Below, one piece after another: positions 12,389 through 24,353 of a stretch of DNA of 64,000 bases; positions within the stretch are counted from its first letter, which is position 1, and each line of letters begins with the position of its first letter. The notes under the pieces were generated by a model. That model was not told where the DNA came from, did no database searches, and saw only the letters and a program-made list of their open reading frames with translations. The position numbers and the translations under genes are program-made. The DNA comes from Callorhinchus milii (lineage: Eukaryota), in assembly GCF_018977255.1 (NCBI RefSeq), contig NW_024704743.1:7876001-7940000 (forward strand), written 5' to 3'.

Positions 12389-14027
12389 TAATCCTTGCAT
12401 TTGATATAGAGCTTTTCACATCTCCGAAACGTCTCAAAGCGCTTCACAAAATATACTGTAAAGTGAATTGACTGTATAATTTGTGGGCAAAACGTGGCAG
12501 TCAATTGTGCACAGCAGCGTCCCACAAACAGTCGTGGGTTGAGTAACCCAATTATTTTTAGCCGGGATAGGTGACTATAGGCTTGGACAAAGGTCTTAAA
12601 TTGGGATTTAAAGATTAATAAAGAGAGCGAGTGAGAGGGATTGAGGGATTAGTTTTTATTCATTTCTGTTTTATTTTTGTTTTAATTCATCCACTGATAT
12701 ATAATTTTAAAATTAAAAGAAAATTTTCTTGACCACAGAGGGAATCAGGGGCGTGCAGGGATCACTGCCCCACTTCAGGTTTAAGATAGCTGCCAACGAG
12801 CAAATGGGGAGGTTAGAATCCATATTAGCTTTCAACAGGGAACAAGATAAATATATTAAAAAAGGAGTGAATTTCAGGGATATGGGGAAACAGCAGATAA
12901 TCGGACTAAACGTATCGCTCTACAAAGAACCAGCATTAGACACGATGAGCCTTCTTCTGTGCTGCATATTTATGCCTTTTATAGAATAGGCATTAGGAGC
13001 CTGGCATTAATTTATTTTCATCAGCCCTCTGCAAATCTCCCTTTGATTCCCACTACTTAAAATGCATCCACCACAAGTCCCAACACAGTAAAACCCCACA
13101 AAACAAAATAATGCCTCCAAGCTCTCCCCTCCCCCATTAAACACATCCTTGTATAAACCAGACATGTAAAGAAATGAAATTCCAGTGCTATCTATATTCA
13201 CAGGCTCCTCTGAAGATGCACTTCCTGCTGCAGATTCCTCCGGTTTCCTGCAGGTTCTTCAATCTATCCGCCAGACTTCCCAACAGATGCTACAGGACAA
13301 CACTCCAGACTTCCTCCGTAAGCAGCTCCCGGATTCACAGCAATTGCCCTTTGGCCGCTCCCAAACCATATCCCAGACTTTCTTTGAAGGGCTCGTGCTC
13401 GAGGCTTCCTCTAACCACATGTCTTAGATAAACTTCCGTTAGGCAAAATTCCCCAATTCCTTGTGCCACCTTTCACTTCTGTTCACAACTAAGTCAGCAA
13501 GCTACTGCTGAGCCAGGGAAGGTTTCAGTTCTACAATAATAATAATAATAATCCTTGCATTTGACGCCTTATCACGTCATTCAGATGTCACAAAGCACTT
13601 CACAGAATATATTGTAAAGTGAATTGACTATATTTTGTGGGTGAATCGCAGCAGCCAATTGCACACAGTCGTGTCTCACAAACAGTTATGGATGGAATGA
13701 CCAAATTCTTTTTTTTTGGGAGGGATTGTTACCCCTGGAAAGCAATCTGCCAATCGACTAACAATGGGTTCATACTCACTGCTAGGTAAACAGAGGCGTG
13801 TGGAGTAAGGAAACTTGCCTAAGGCTTTGCTCCACCTCTCACTTGCGAGGCGAGTGCTCTAACCAATATGCTACTTATATGTCGTGAAGCTGGTTCATGG
13901 TCAATGGAGGCTCCTGGCCTCAAAAATACACTGTCACTACACTTTACACTAGTTTTCCTGTGAAGTGCTTTGAAACTTCCTCCTGATGTGAAAGGTGTAA
14001 CATTCAAATGTAAGGATTACTATTATT

Positions 14028-14515
14028 AAGCCATTCAGCCTTTCGAGCCTGTTCTACCATTCCATAAGATCATGGCTGATCTGTACCTCAACTCCAATTA
14101 CCTGCCCTTGCACCATATCCCTTGATACAACAACAACAACAACAAGATTCCATTTATAAAGCGCCTTTCACGTCAGGAGGACGTCCCAAGGCGCTGCACA
14201 GTTGGGTCAGGATACCCTGACTTACCAAATATCTATCCACTTCAGTCTTGAAAATGTGAATAGATCCAACATCCACAGCATTTTGGGGGAGAGAGTTCCA
14301 GATTTCCACTACCCTTTGGGTGAAAAACTGCCTCCTACTTTCACTCATAAATGGCCTGGGCTCTAATTTTAAGATTATGGCCCCTTGTTCTGGAATCCCC
14401 CACCAAAGGAAATAGTTTCTCTGTAGCTACCCTATAGAATCCCTTTACTATTTTAAAAACCTCAATCAGATCACCCCTCAACCTTCTAAACTCAAGGGAA
14501 TAGAGACCTAGTTTA
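14028..14515 (-). mobile_element. CR1-clade LINE 3' end containing an 82-nt young L2 tail (14129-14210)
   Basis: RRQFFTQRVVEIWNSLPQNAVDVGSIHIFKTEVDRYL is a typical CR1 ORF2 C-terminus. The L2 insert is flanked by GATAC at 14124-14128 and 14211-14215. Confidence 0.88.
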
Positions 14516-16415
14516 TGAGATTAGCTATGGAGTGGAAATCTAGTGGGTTGGCCTCCAATGTGAGGGAATCGTTACACCAACTCCTCCTCGCTGGCTGCAA
14601 ATCAAATTTACAACTCCCACATACAGTATTAAATCCCATTATTTCAGATGCTGACAGCTCACGCTAGATTTTACTTAAAGGGACGTCATTTTTATGACCA
14701 ACATTTAGTTCTGATCTTGGTCTAGCTGATTGAACCAACATATTTGGAGCTGCATTTCAATTCACACATTTGTTTGCAACATCTAATCATTGGAAATAAA
14801 GGTCACGGGGAAGGGGAAATAGAATTTGAGTAGATACCTCCAGTATGGGTGCGAGCAGCAGCACAGGCTTGATAAGCCATATAGCTTACTCCTGGGCTGT
14901 AAATTTCGTCTCATTCTACAATCTCAGCCTGCAGTCTATCCCTCAGCTTATTAGAGACCTGGATCAATTACTTCGCAGTGCTGGTTAGTGGTAATGCAGG
15001 TTCACTGAATCCCGGGCAGCAAAAAAACCAAAAGCGGTTGCTATTGCTTCAACCGCTGCTACTCTCCTGAGCATTCCCCTCCTCCCCCTCTGCCTACTTA
15101 AGCCTCCCTGCTGCACTGGGACCAGTTACAGAGATCTATCAGCAGTGCCCATAATTCTAACAAGTTGAAATCTCTCAAAGCGCTTCACTGGAAATTGCTG
15201 TTAAGTGTAGAAGCTGTGTATTTTTGGAGAAACACAGCAGTCAAACTGCACACAGCAAGCTCCCGCACACAGCTATGAAGCGAGTGACCAATTTTATCTG
15301 AGGGAACTGTTTAAAACGAGTGCAAGGATCTTGAAATTGATCCGTTCAGTGATAGAGTGCCAGTGGAGCCTGGCTAGAACTGGTGTGATGAGCTCACAGT
15401 CTAGGCTGACACTCCAGGTGCAATTCTGGAGGAGTCGGCTTGTGGCCGTGCTCTGCCACTGTCAAGTGCTCTGGGACGCTACCCTGTGTGAGGGGCGCTA
15501 TATAAATACAAGTTTTTGTTGCTGTTGGACATGAAAGCCTAGAGAGGGGAGCCTCTCCTCTCTTCTCTTTGTGAATCGTGCCACAGGATCTTTAACATCC
15601 ACCTGAACCACGGACTAACATCTCATCCGAAGTACATGATCCCCTCCAGATTGCACTGGAGTGTCAGCTGTGTAAGCAACTAACAAGAGGGGTTATAAAA
15701 TCTGCACAAAGTACATGTAGTCAATTTTTTTTGTCAAATGTCTTCAGCTACTCTGTACACACTAAACAAGATGGGAAGAGGAAATTCACCTTGGGGTGTT
15801 AGCAGTCAAAGTAATTGTACACCCCCTCTTAGCAAATCTCTCTGGTTATAAAGTAAGTAGGCAACAGGAAGACAAAAGTGGCTCATTCACATAACGTCAC
15901 ATCATCCGCCCACTTAAATCCTACAATGTCAGGGCCACCTGATTTGCTCACATTATTTCACCCTTGCTCTCCAATAAACAATAAACCTTACATTTGGAAT
16001 GGCATGTTTCACATTGGGAGGACGTCCCAAAGCATTTCACAGATTTACTGTAAAGTGACAACAAGACAAACATAGCAGCCAATTTGCACACAGCCATGTT
16101 TCCCACAAACAGCCATGAAGTGAATGATCATTTTTTTTGGGGGGGCTGGGTGGGTGGGGGGGGAATTGTTTGCGAGGACACTGGGAGAAACTAATAATGT
16201 CTCATCCAAAGGATGGCACTTCTAACAATACTGCACACCCATGGCATTGCATTTCAGTGTTACTATGAGTTCCACGTCCTGACGTGGGGCTTGAATCCAC
16301 AACCTTCTGACTGAAAGGCGAGAGTGCCACCAACTGAGCCAGGCTGACACACACACAAATGGACATATTGCTCTGATAACAAGACATGTTCTAGTTGTAA
16401 GCACTGGAACATATG

Positions 16416-17055
16416 GTGGAGTCCTGTAGCTCAGTGGTTAGAGCACTCGCCTGGCAAGGGAGAGACCTGGGTTCAATTTCAGGCAGGTCATGGCGAAACC
16501 GTGGGCAAGTTTCCTTACTCCACACGCCTAACAATAATCCCTCCAAAACAAAACAATAATAAATTGGTCATTTTCAATCCACAACTGTTTGTGGGACACT
16601 GCTGTGCGCAATTGGCTGCTGCGTTTCGCCCACAAATATACAGTCAATTCACTTTACAGCATATTCTGTGAAGCGCTTTGAGATGCCAAGAAGACGTGAA
16701 AAGCGCTATATCAAATGCAAGGATTCCTGTGGAGTCCTGTAGCTCAGTGGTTAGAGCGCTCGCTTTGCAAGTGAGAGACCAGAGTTCAATTCCAGGCAGA
16801 GGGCGAAACCTTGTGCAAGTTTCCTTACTCCACACAGAGCCTAATAATAATCCCTCCAAAACCAAAAACAATAATAAAAATTGGTCATTTTCAATCTACA
16901 ACTGTTTGTGGGATATTGCTGTGCGCAATTGGCTGCCGCGTTCGCCCACAAATATACAGTCAATTCACTTTATAGTGTGTTCTGTGAAGCGCTTTGGGAC
17001 GTCCTCCCGACGTGAAAAGCGCTATATCAAATGCAAGGATTATTATTATTATTAT
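16416..17055 (+). mobile_element. Two tandem CORE-deleted SINEs (16416-16725 and 16729-17055)
   Basis: Two complete head-body-tail units separated by 3 nt. Confidence 0.92.
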
Positions 17056-19796
17056 ATGCCTATTCAACATTCAGATGATTTCAACAACAACAACTTGCAT
17101 TAATATAGCGTCCTTCATGCGGGTTAGTGTCCCGGAGCGCTGGTTTCTGGAAAGCGGGAAATATACACAGTCTTTTGCTAGTACATTACTACAGATTATA
17201 AATCACCGTAACTTCATCAGGGCTATATTTATTTTTCTGGCTTCAAGAGAAATTTACCTCAGAAAGCCCAAGCAAGTCTAAAATGCATCCTGTGAAATAC
17301 AGTATAAACATGCTTAATCAACGGTCAGCAAACAATACCTGTAATAACACTGATTAGAAAATTAATCTGAGTTATATAAAAGGCTCAATCAGATGATAAC
17401 AGCGTGGGATTGTTTTTTTTACTAACATAACTAAAAAGGCTCAGGGAAGGAAATGCTATCATCAATTCCATATATAAAAAAAATCCCTAGCATTTACCTG
17501 GATACCAATTACTTTCCATTTAATGATTTTATTTTGAATTCATCTTGTGTTTACATGCTGCCTCCCCGAGGGATTAGAAGTGGTCAGAGGTACAGACACG
17601 TACAGTAGATGGAAAGATTCCAAAACAGCTGGCACTGCTTACATAAGAAGCACGTCTTCACTTAGCATTAGAGCTTACAGAATGCTTTGCTTTGTGATTG
17701 TGCCACCGGAGAACAGTCAAGTAAAACTGTATTAACATCACTACCTCTGCACGAGGTGGGCCTGAGCAGTCTGGAGCTGTGTACTTTCTACTCCCCCACC
17801 ATCATCTCCCCCACGCCGCCTGACCCTATTTCCCACAAGGCTGGTTCACATGTGACACAGCAAATTGCTCTGATCTGACAGCGAGAGGAGGAGGAGGAGA
17901 AAGGACTGGCTGGATTGGAGACTTTATACTCTATACATTTAATTTTTTTATTTGTAGTGAAAGGAATGTCTGAATTCAATATAAACTGCATTAAATGGCA
18001 AGTAATTGGTATCCAGGTAAATGCCAGTTTATTTTTACATTACCATTTAGACTATGCGCAGTTCTTACATGGGGGATAAAGGCGTTTCCACCGGTGTCCT
18101 GGTCAACAACTCTACAGATAAAATGTAGTCATTTATTTCATGACTGTTTGTGGGACATTGCTGTGCGCAAATTGGCTGCCGCGTTTGCCTACAAAATAGT
18201 CACTACATTTTAACAGTAAATCCTGTGAAGCACTTTGAGACATTTGACAGCGTGGTAAGATCCTACATCAAATGCAAGATTATTATTATGTTGGGAATTT
18301 TAGCTTTTAATCCATCAACATAAAACTATAGTTACTGAAAGTATAAAGATGAATTTTTGGGAGACAATATTCTTAACTTCTCCAAAAGTTCCACGCTGGC
18401 GAGATCTTCCATACCATCAATTATTCTGGATTTGCAATTTTGCTGTAAATATTACAGATATTTTTTTTCGCCATCAATTTACAAAATAGACTGATCATCA
18501 TCATTCTGTGTTATTTTCTAAATGGTTACAGAATCTGGCTTTATTTCCGCCAACTTCTGGCCTGAAAGCACTGATTCATCCTGAAGTGTCGGTCTGCAGG
18601 CATCTGGTATTTTGCATGAGTCTGGACAGCGACTGCGGTCGAGGGTGTTCACAGTTGATCCCTCGCCCGCCGGCCGGCTAGCCTGATACCCGCACCCTCG
18701 CACGCTATCCATTTATACCATATCAACTGCTGCTCCAGCTAAGGTCAGCTAATTCAACACAGACCAAGAATCAACCAATGGCCTGTACGCACTGCTTTAA
18801 ACAGAATCGGTAGTTCTTTTACTTGTTAATCCATAATCTTGAGTTTGTCTCCACGTTTAAACTCACTTTAGTCGATCGTGCTTCCTTCAATTACGCACGT
18901 CTTTGGTGTAAAGCCCTGACACACTGCATTGAACATTGAACAGATTAAAGCTGTTCATCCTTGCGATTTCACTGCTCACTAAAGCACACGGGCTGAATCG
19001 ACCGTGCAGATAACTATTAGGAATTTTATTCCTTTTGTGAATTTCTAAAGACATTTAACCAAGCAAACATATAGAGCCCACCATAAGTATGCTAAATTGG
19101 GAGCACGGTACCTTCTGAATAAAACGCAACCAGTATGATAGGAGCTTCCACTCTCTTTTTGTTCTCTCCACAGATTGCTTTATTTGCATAACACAAACTT
19201 CCTCTCATCTTCCCCCGTCCCCTTTACCAAGGCCTCTCTCTATGTTCTCGTGAGCCACCTCCGAGACATTGGATTGAAGTGCTGAAGTGTGTTAAAATTT
19301 AGCCCCTGGGTCTGAGTAGCATTTGTTTCCAAATTGCTGTGATGCTCGGCAACAAGGAGAGAGGAATCAAGTGTTTGTGGGAAACTAAAGGCAGATTAAA
19401 AAAAGGATGCTTTGAGGAGGGATTAGCTGACTACAACAATTTACATTTATATAGGACCTTTCATGTAAAAAAAGCACTCTGCGGAGATTAATTAGAAATT
19501 AAGTGAATGACATTATGTAGACAAATGGGGTAGCTAACTTTCTATAATCAAAAATGAGAAGAGCAACGGTCAATTCATTTGAATTTGCGTTGAGGAGGGA
19601 ATATAAACCAGGATAACCTGGAAAAAAAATCCTTTTTTTAAGTAGCGATGGGAATGTGGGAGGTGGGGGAGGGGAGAGGAGGAAATTCCCCCCTTTAACA
19701 CCCACTTGAATCACAAAGCAAAGAGAATCTAAATTACCAGCCCTATTACAAAATTAAAGATGATAATATGGAAATCTACAAGTCAGAAATACTTAC

Positions 19797-19832
19797 CTTG
19801 CACTTCAAATACAGTGTTGGTTTGTGGCTGAT
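19797..19832 (-). other. Candidate 36-nt exon downstream of ZNF438
   Basis: Branch-like tctgact, then acceptor tttggctttttcAG (19834-19833) and donor AAG|GTAAGTAT (GT 19796-19795). It lies in non-repetitive sequence. No transcript evidence. Confidence 0.4.
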
Positions 19833-21324
19833 CTGAAAAAGCCAAAGCCCAAACAAACAGATGAGAAGTCAGATTACTGTAATTTGAATACTGCTGGGTG
19901 AGAGAACTCATGAGAAGGACACATGGGAATGGGATTATCAAAAGAAGTGGGCGAGAACAATCTAAAGCAGTATCACACACAGTATCTGAATATACCCCCG
20001 CCACACACACACACACACACACACAGATTACTCCCAAACATATCATCCAGTGAAGGCTGCTCAGAGCTCTTCCTCCTGATCAAAATGAGCAATCTTAACA
20101 TCGCAAGTGCTGAAACAAATTATTTGAAACAATTTTTTTAAAAAGTATTTTCATTTTCATCTGCAAGATTTACAAATCTGCGTGAGTCACAGTAACGTGT
20201 AAACTCACACTGCACTTGTGTATTTTGAAAACCAAACAACTTCTCAACAGTAAACGCCTGTGTGGAGAGCCTCAGGAAGATGCTCTATTGATATTCAAGA
20301 CACTTGCCTTCCGCCCTCCCAGCGCTCAACAAGTCTGGCAAAAGAGAACGAGGGGGAAAAATGGCAAGTCCTTGGCCCAGCACATTAATGCAGGTTCACT
20401 CAACTCCATGGATGGCCAGGAATATGTCTTAAACACCAGGTGCCTCACAGCTACGCACTGTAGTCCTCAGGATGGCCTTCCACACCGCATGATGTTGAAG
20501 TAGCAAAAATCTCCCTGAAGCAGCATTAGCATTTACACATTAGTGCCAGCTCAAGCATCCTCTGTGATCATCTCACCGCTTTGCATCAGAAAAGGCAACC
20601 TTTAGAGTCGGCACTAACGGCTGGGCTGATCCACCACCAACTCACCCCGAGGACTGACAAGAGCCGACCGTTTTGTTATCAAACTCCGAGGGAGGTGCTC
20701 CAAATACTCCTCTGAGTATTCGGCCTTTGCCAACAATGTGAGCACAGAGGAAACCAGCTCCTGCTTCTACCGCTATGCAAACTGAGACCATATTACATTC
20801 CTCAGTGCAGCACAGAAGAGGCGTCACTGTATTCCATTTTTGTACGTTTTTTCCTTCTGCATTTCCCACTCTCTTTCTCCCCTGCCCCCATCTTGCTCTT
20901 CTTTCTGCTCCAGACTTCAAAGGCCACATTGCTGTGTAATCACTGGTGCTGCCTCCATGCTGATCTTTTGTTTACTCACAGGAAGAGGAGAGGAGAGACA
21001 AAAGGGACTGAACTGGCTGTCAAGCTGAAAATTACTGGCAAAGGACACAGAAGTTTGAAATCACAATCTCGAATGTCAGGACTGACGGCAGGTAACGGAG
21101 GGCTGGCAGGCGTGCCCTGTATTTGGGACCAGGTAAAGGTACATCGGGAGAATTGTAATGTACAACATTGCTATGAACCAGAAGTAAATCACTTCATCCA
21201 TATTCCTGACTCATGTAGCACTGACTGGCCACAGCAGAGGGCTTCTGTTCACTCTTTCAACCAAACGTAGATAACTAATGTTGGAGGAGGCATCGGTAAC
21301 TCAAAAAGATTGGAACTTATTACA

Positions 21325-22155
21325 ATACAATACAAAATTACATTTGTAAAGCACCTTTCACGTCGGGAAGACATCCCAAGCCGCTGAACAGTCAGGGATT
21401 TGGAGCCGAGCTAAGGGTTGGGATCAGGGAGGGTGGAGGGCAGAGAGGGTAGGAGTGTGGCCGAAGGCACGGTCGAAGAGGAAGTCTTGAGGGGTGCCTT
21501 GAAGGAGGCAAGGGAGGGAGCACAGGCAAAGGGAATGTGGGATGGAGTTCCAGAGGGTGGGGGCAGAGAGGCTGAAGCCTGACCGCTGATGGTGGGGCAG
21601 GCCGAGCAGGGGACATGGAGCAGGCCGGAGGCTGCTGAGCGGAGGGTGCAGACAGGTTGATAAGGGGTTAGCAGATCGGAGAGATAGAAGGGGGCAAGGC
21701 CATGAAGGGCCTTGAAGGTGAGGACAAGAATTTTGAACTCAATCCTCTGAGGGATGGGGAGCCAGTGGAGCCGGGTGGGGGTGGGGTGATGGGATCACGG
21801 AGTCTGGTGCGGGAGAGTGCAGCTTGTGGAGGGAAGTGCTGGGAAGGCCGACAAGCAGCGCATTGGCATAATCGAGCCTGGTTGTAATGAAGGCATGAAT
21901 GAGGGTTTTGGCGGCCTGAGGGGTGAGGCAGTGACGGAGTCAGGCAATGTTGCGGAGGTGGGTGAAGGCAGAGCAGGTTATGGCATGGATATAGTGCAGA
22001 AAGGACAGTTGAGGGTCGAACCATTCAAGGACAGAGCCTTGAAGGTTAAGGTGAGAGGAGAGGGGTGGAGGAGGATAGAGTGGTCCACAGTGTCAAAGGC
22101 AACAGAGATGTTGAGGAGGACGAGGAAACAGAGGGAGCCCTGGTCACAGATGGAC
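21325..22155 (-). mobile_element. L2 LINE 3' portion with internal deletions
   Basis: The reverse complement matches the RT C-terminal region ([22 protein letters not shown]) and the 3' stem-loop tail of the longer copies. Confidence 0.88.
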
Positions 22156-22699
22156 ATCTAAAAAATATACATTATGATTTCTGGATAGTGAGTCGAATAT
22201 CAACTTAGCATCATTCCAGTTATATAATTTACATGGAATATCTCTAAGCATTACATATTCATGTTAGTCCTGTGTAAGGAGTTCTCTACTCTCCCAAGTT
22301 TACTGCGAGAATCCCTGAACATATTGGAATAGTAAATGGTCGATCTATCTCTTTTGCACTCTGCCCTGCTATTTGACATAGCGCCTTATCATGTCGTCGA
22401 GATGCCTCAAAGAGCTTCACAGAATAAACTGTAGAGTGTATTTTGTGGACGAAACACCCACATTATTTCCACCCTTTACATGGTTATTTAGCCACTCTCA
22501 AATAACGTAGCTCATACACTTCACTATTCTCAACACACAACTTCAAACATTGAGCAGATCTTCATGGACCATCAGTAATGCAGCTTTCACTTAGTTAAAA
22601 TGAGTGCATGCTCTGTATCAATACATCCGAGCCATCATCAACTTCTCTCAAATGCCTTAACAGGTGTAAATGCACTAGACAGTGTGACCCTGGGTCCTA

Positions 22700-22935
22700 C
22701 TGACCAGCAAACTTCCACATTGTATCCAGTGCTGTGATTATTTGGCTGATCTCATCCAGAGAAGCAATGGGAGGCTCACCAATGTCTTTTGGCTCAGGAA
22801 GGGGAATAAAATCAGAGACCGGTCAGGGAGTATTGCTCATCAGTATCCAATGGATAAGGGTAAGATGACATACCCTCCTCCCACCCCTTGCGATTCAATA
22901 GCTGGTGAGCACCCACTGCCTAGGTTCACTCCAAG
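22700..22935 (+). mobile_element. Ancient SINE-like repeat fragment (family not identified)
   Basis: The motif gtgctg..tt(g/a)gctgatctca..ggg recurs at about 8105-8140/8446-8490(+) and 18720-18780(-). Confidence 0.45.
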
Positions 22936-24353
22936 CCAAGGTTTGGGGACCCCAGGTTGTGTGTTGGGATACTGCTGGAGTCTAACCAGCTAATGCCACA
23001 TAGCTTGCCATTGATATCTCTGTCTGGCAAGCTCTTCCCGCTGCTTGTTCAGCTAGGACCACCCTACCAATTAGGGCTTTGGCTTGTAGGGTTAACAGAT
23101 GCTGAGTGGGGTGATTCCCTGCCCCCAGTGACTCATGAGTAGCAATCTTGATGAGACATCACAGCAGCTTTAGGAAACGAAGGCAACAGAACTAATGTTT
23201 ATCAGTCCTAAGACTTAATGGAAACTGGTTATAAATTCGAGACAACCTCCAGCAATTTTTTTTCTTTGGAGTCTGGGTCAGATCACCAGTTAGGAAGGGC
23301 TCAATCAGAGTCCTGGCTGGTACAATCACCCACGCACCATGCACATCTTGTGCAGTTAGAGGGAGCTACATTATAAACACGTCTAACATGGATCGGAGCC
23401 CCTCATTGTAAAATCCAAGATCAGTCCAGCATGGCCTTCTGAATCTTGTCTCAGGGCCTGAATTTTATTTCAACAAACACTGCAAATCAACTCCCGCTCA
23501 CAAAAAAAATCTCCAGCCCAGCCCTTCACTATCACGATTCAATCAAAGGTCTGGACTGGTTATAATAATAATGTTATCTTCTACAAGGGCTCTGTCACTG
23601 ATGAAAGTGGTGTGCAGAGCGAAAGGTGTTTCGAAAGACAGTGCTCTGAGTTGCCAAAGCTTAGTCATGTATCGCCACTGGGACTAATGTCAACAACAAC
23701 AATTTACACTTGTATAGCGCCCTTCACATCGGAAAGACGTCCCAGGGCGCTGGATAAGGCGTTTTGGACCTGAACTGGGAGTTGGGGTCAGAAGGGAAGG
23801 AGGGCATGGGAGGTGGAAGTGGAAATTCTTTGGACTTGAAGGAGGCAAGAGATGGGGTGAGGCGGAGGAATTGCAGGATAGAGTTCCAGAGTGTGGGAGT
23901 GGTGGGAGCTACAGGATTGAAACTCAAACTGTTCAGAAACAGCAAGAACAAAACTTGAAAGGCTGACAGCCAATCCTCATCCTCCTCCCCTCCCCCAGAG
24001 ATCGTGTTACTGCTCTCGATGCGATCTTTTCCTTTTTATCATATACTCTTCAAAACATCTCCAAACTTTTGCCTCCTGTCTGACATTGTGGGGCCCGTGA
24101 CTCCCTCCTTCTCTTCCTGTGTGCCCCTCTATCCCCACCCCACACCACCACTCGGCCAATTTCTGCCAGGCCATTTCACGTGACAAATGTAAGGGCAGAG
24201 TCAGTAAAGTGAAGATGGTGTTTCGAGACAAGATCCAAGTTTACAATGGCCAGGACCTTCACTGGGCCTGTTACCATGGGGACCATCCATCAGTGTTGAA
24301 CTACACTTTAACACCTCAGGGTCAGCTCCCTGCATTTCCAGATTGTAAAAAAC

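Noticed and set aside
15033..15057. Hairpin agcggttg-N9-caaccgct
   Set aside because: The stem is only 8 bp, which is expected by chance in 64 kb, and terminators of this type are not relevant in a vertebrate genome.
18518..18712. CpG-rich 64-aa minus-strand ORF (MDSVRGCG..)
   Set aside because: No recognisable homology or splice context, and it abuts an old SINE-like fragment.
23590..23650. Hammerhead ribozyme or C/D snoRNA suggested by CTGATGA...GAAA and CTGA
   Set aside because: I could not build stem I or II with a UH cleavage site, nor a canonical C box with a terminal stem.
1..24000. Coding exons of SVIL or another syntenic neighbour
   Set aside because: I found no gelsolin-repeat, villin-headpiece or other recognisable coding sequence in either strand's ORFs; short exons could have been missed.
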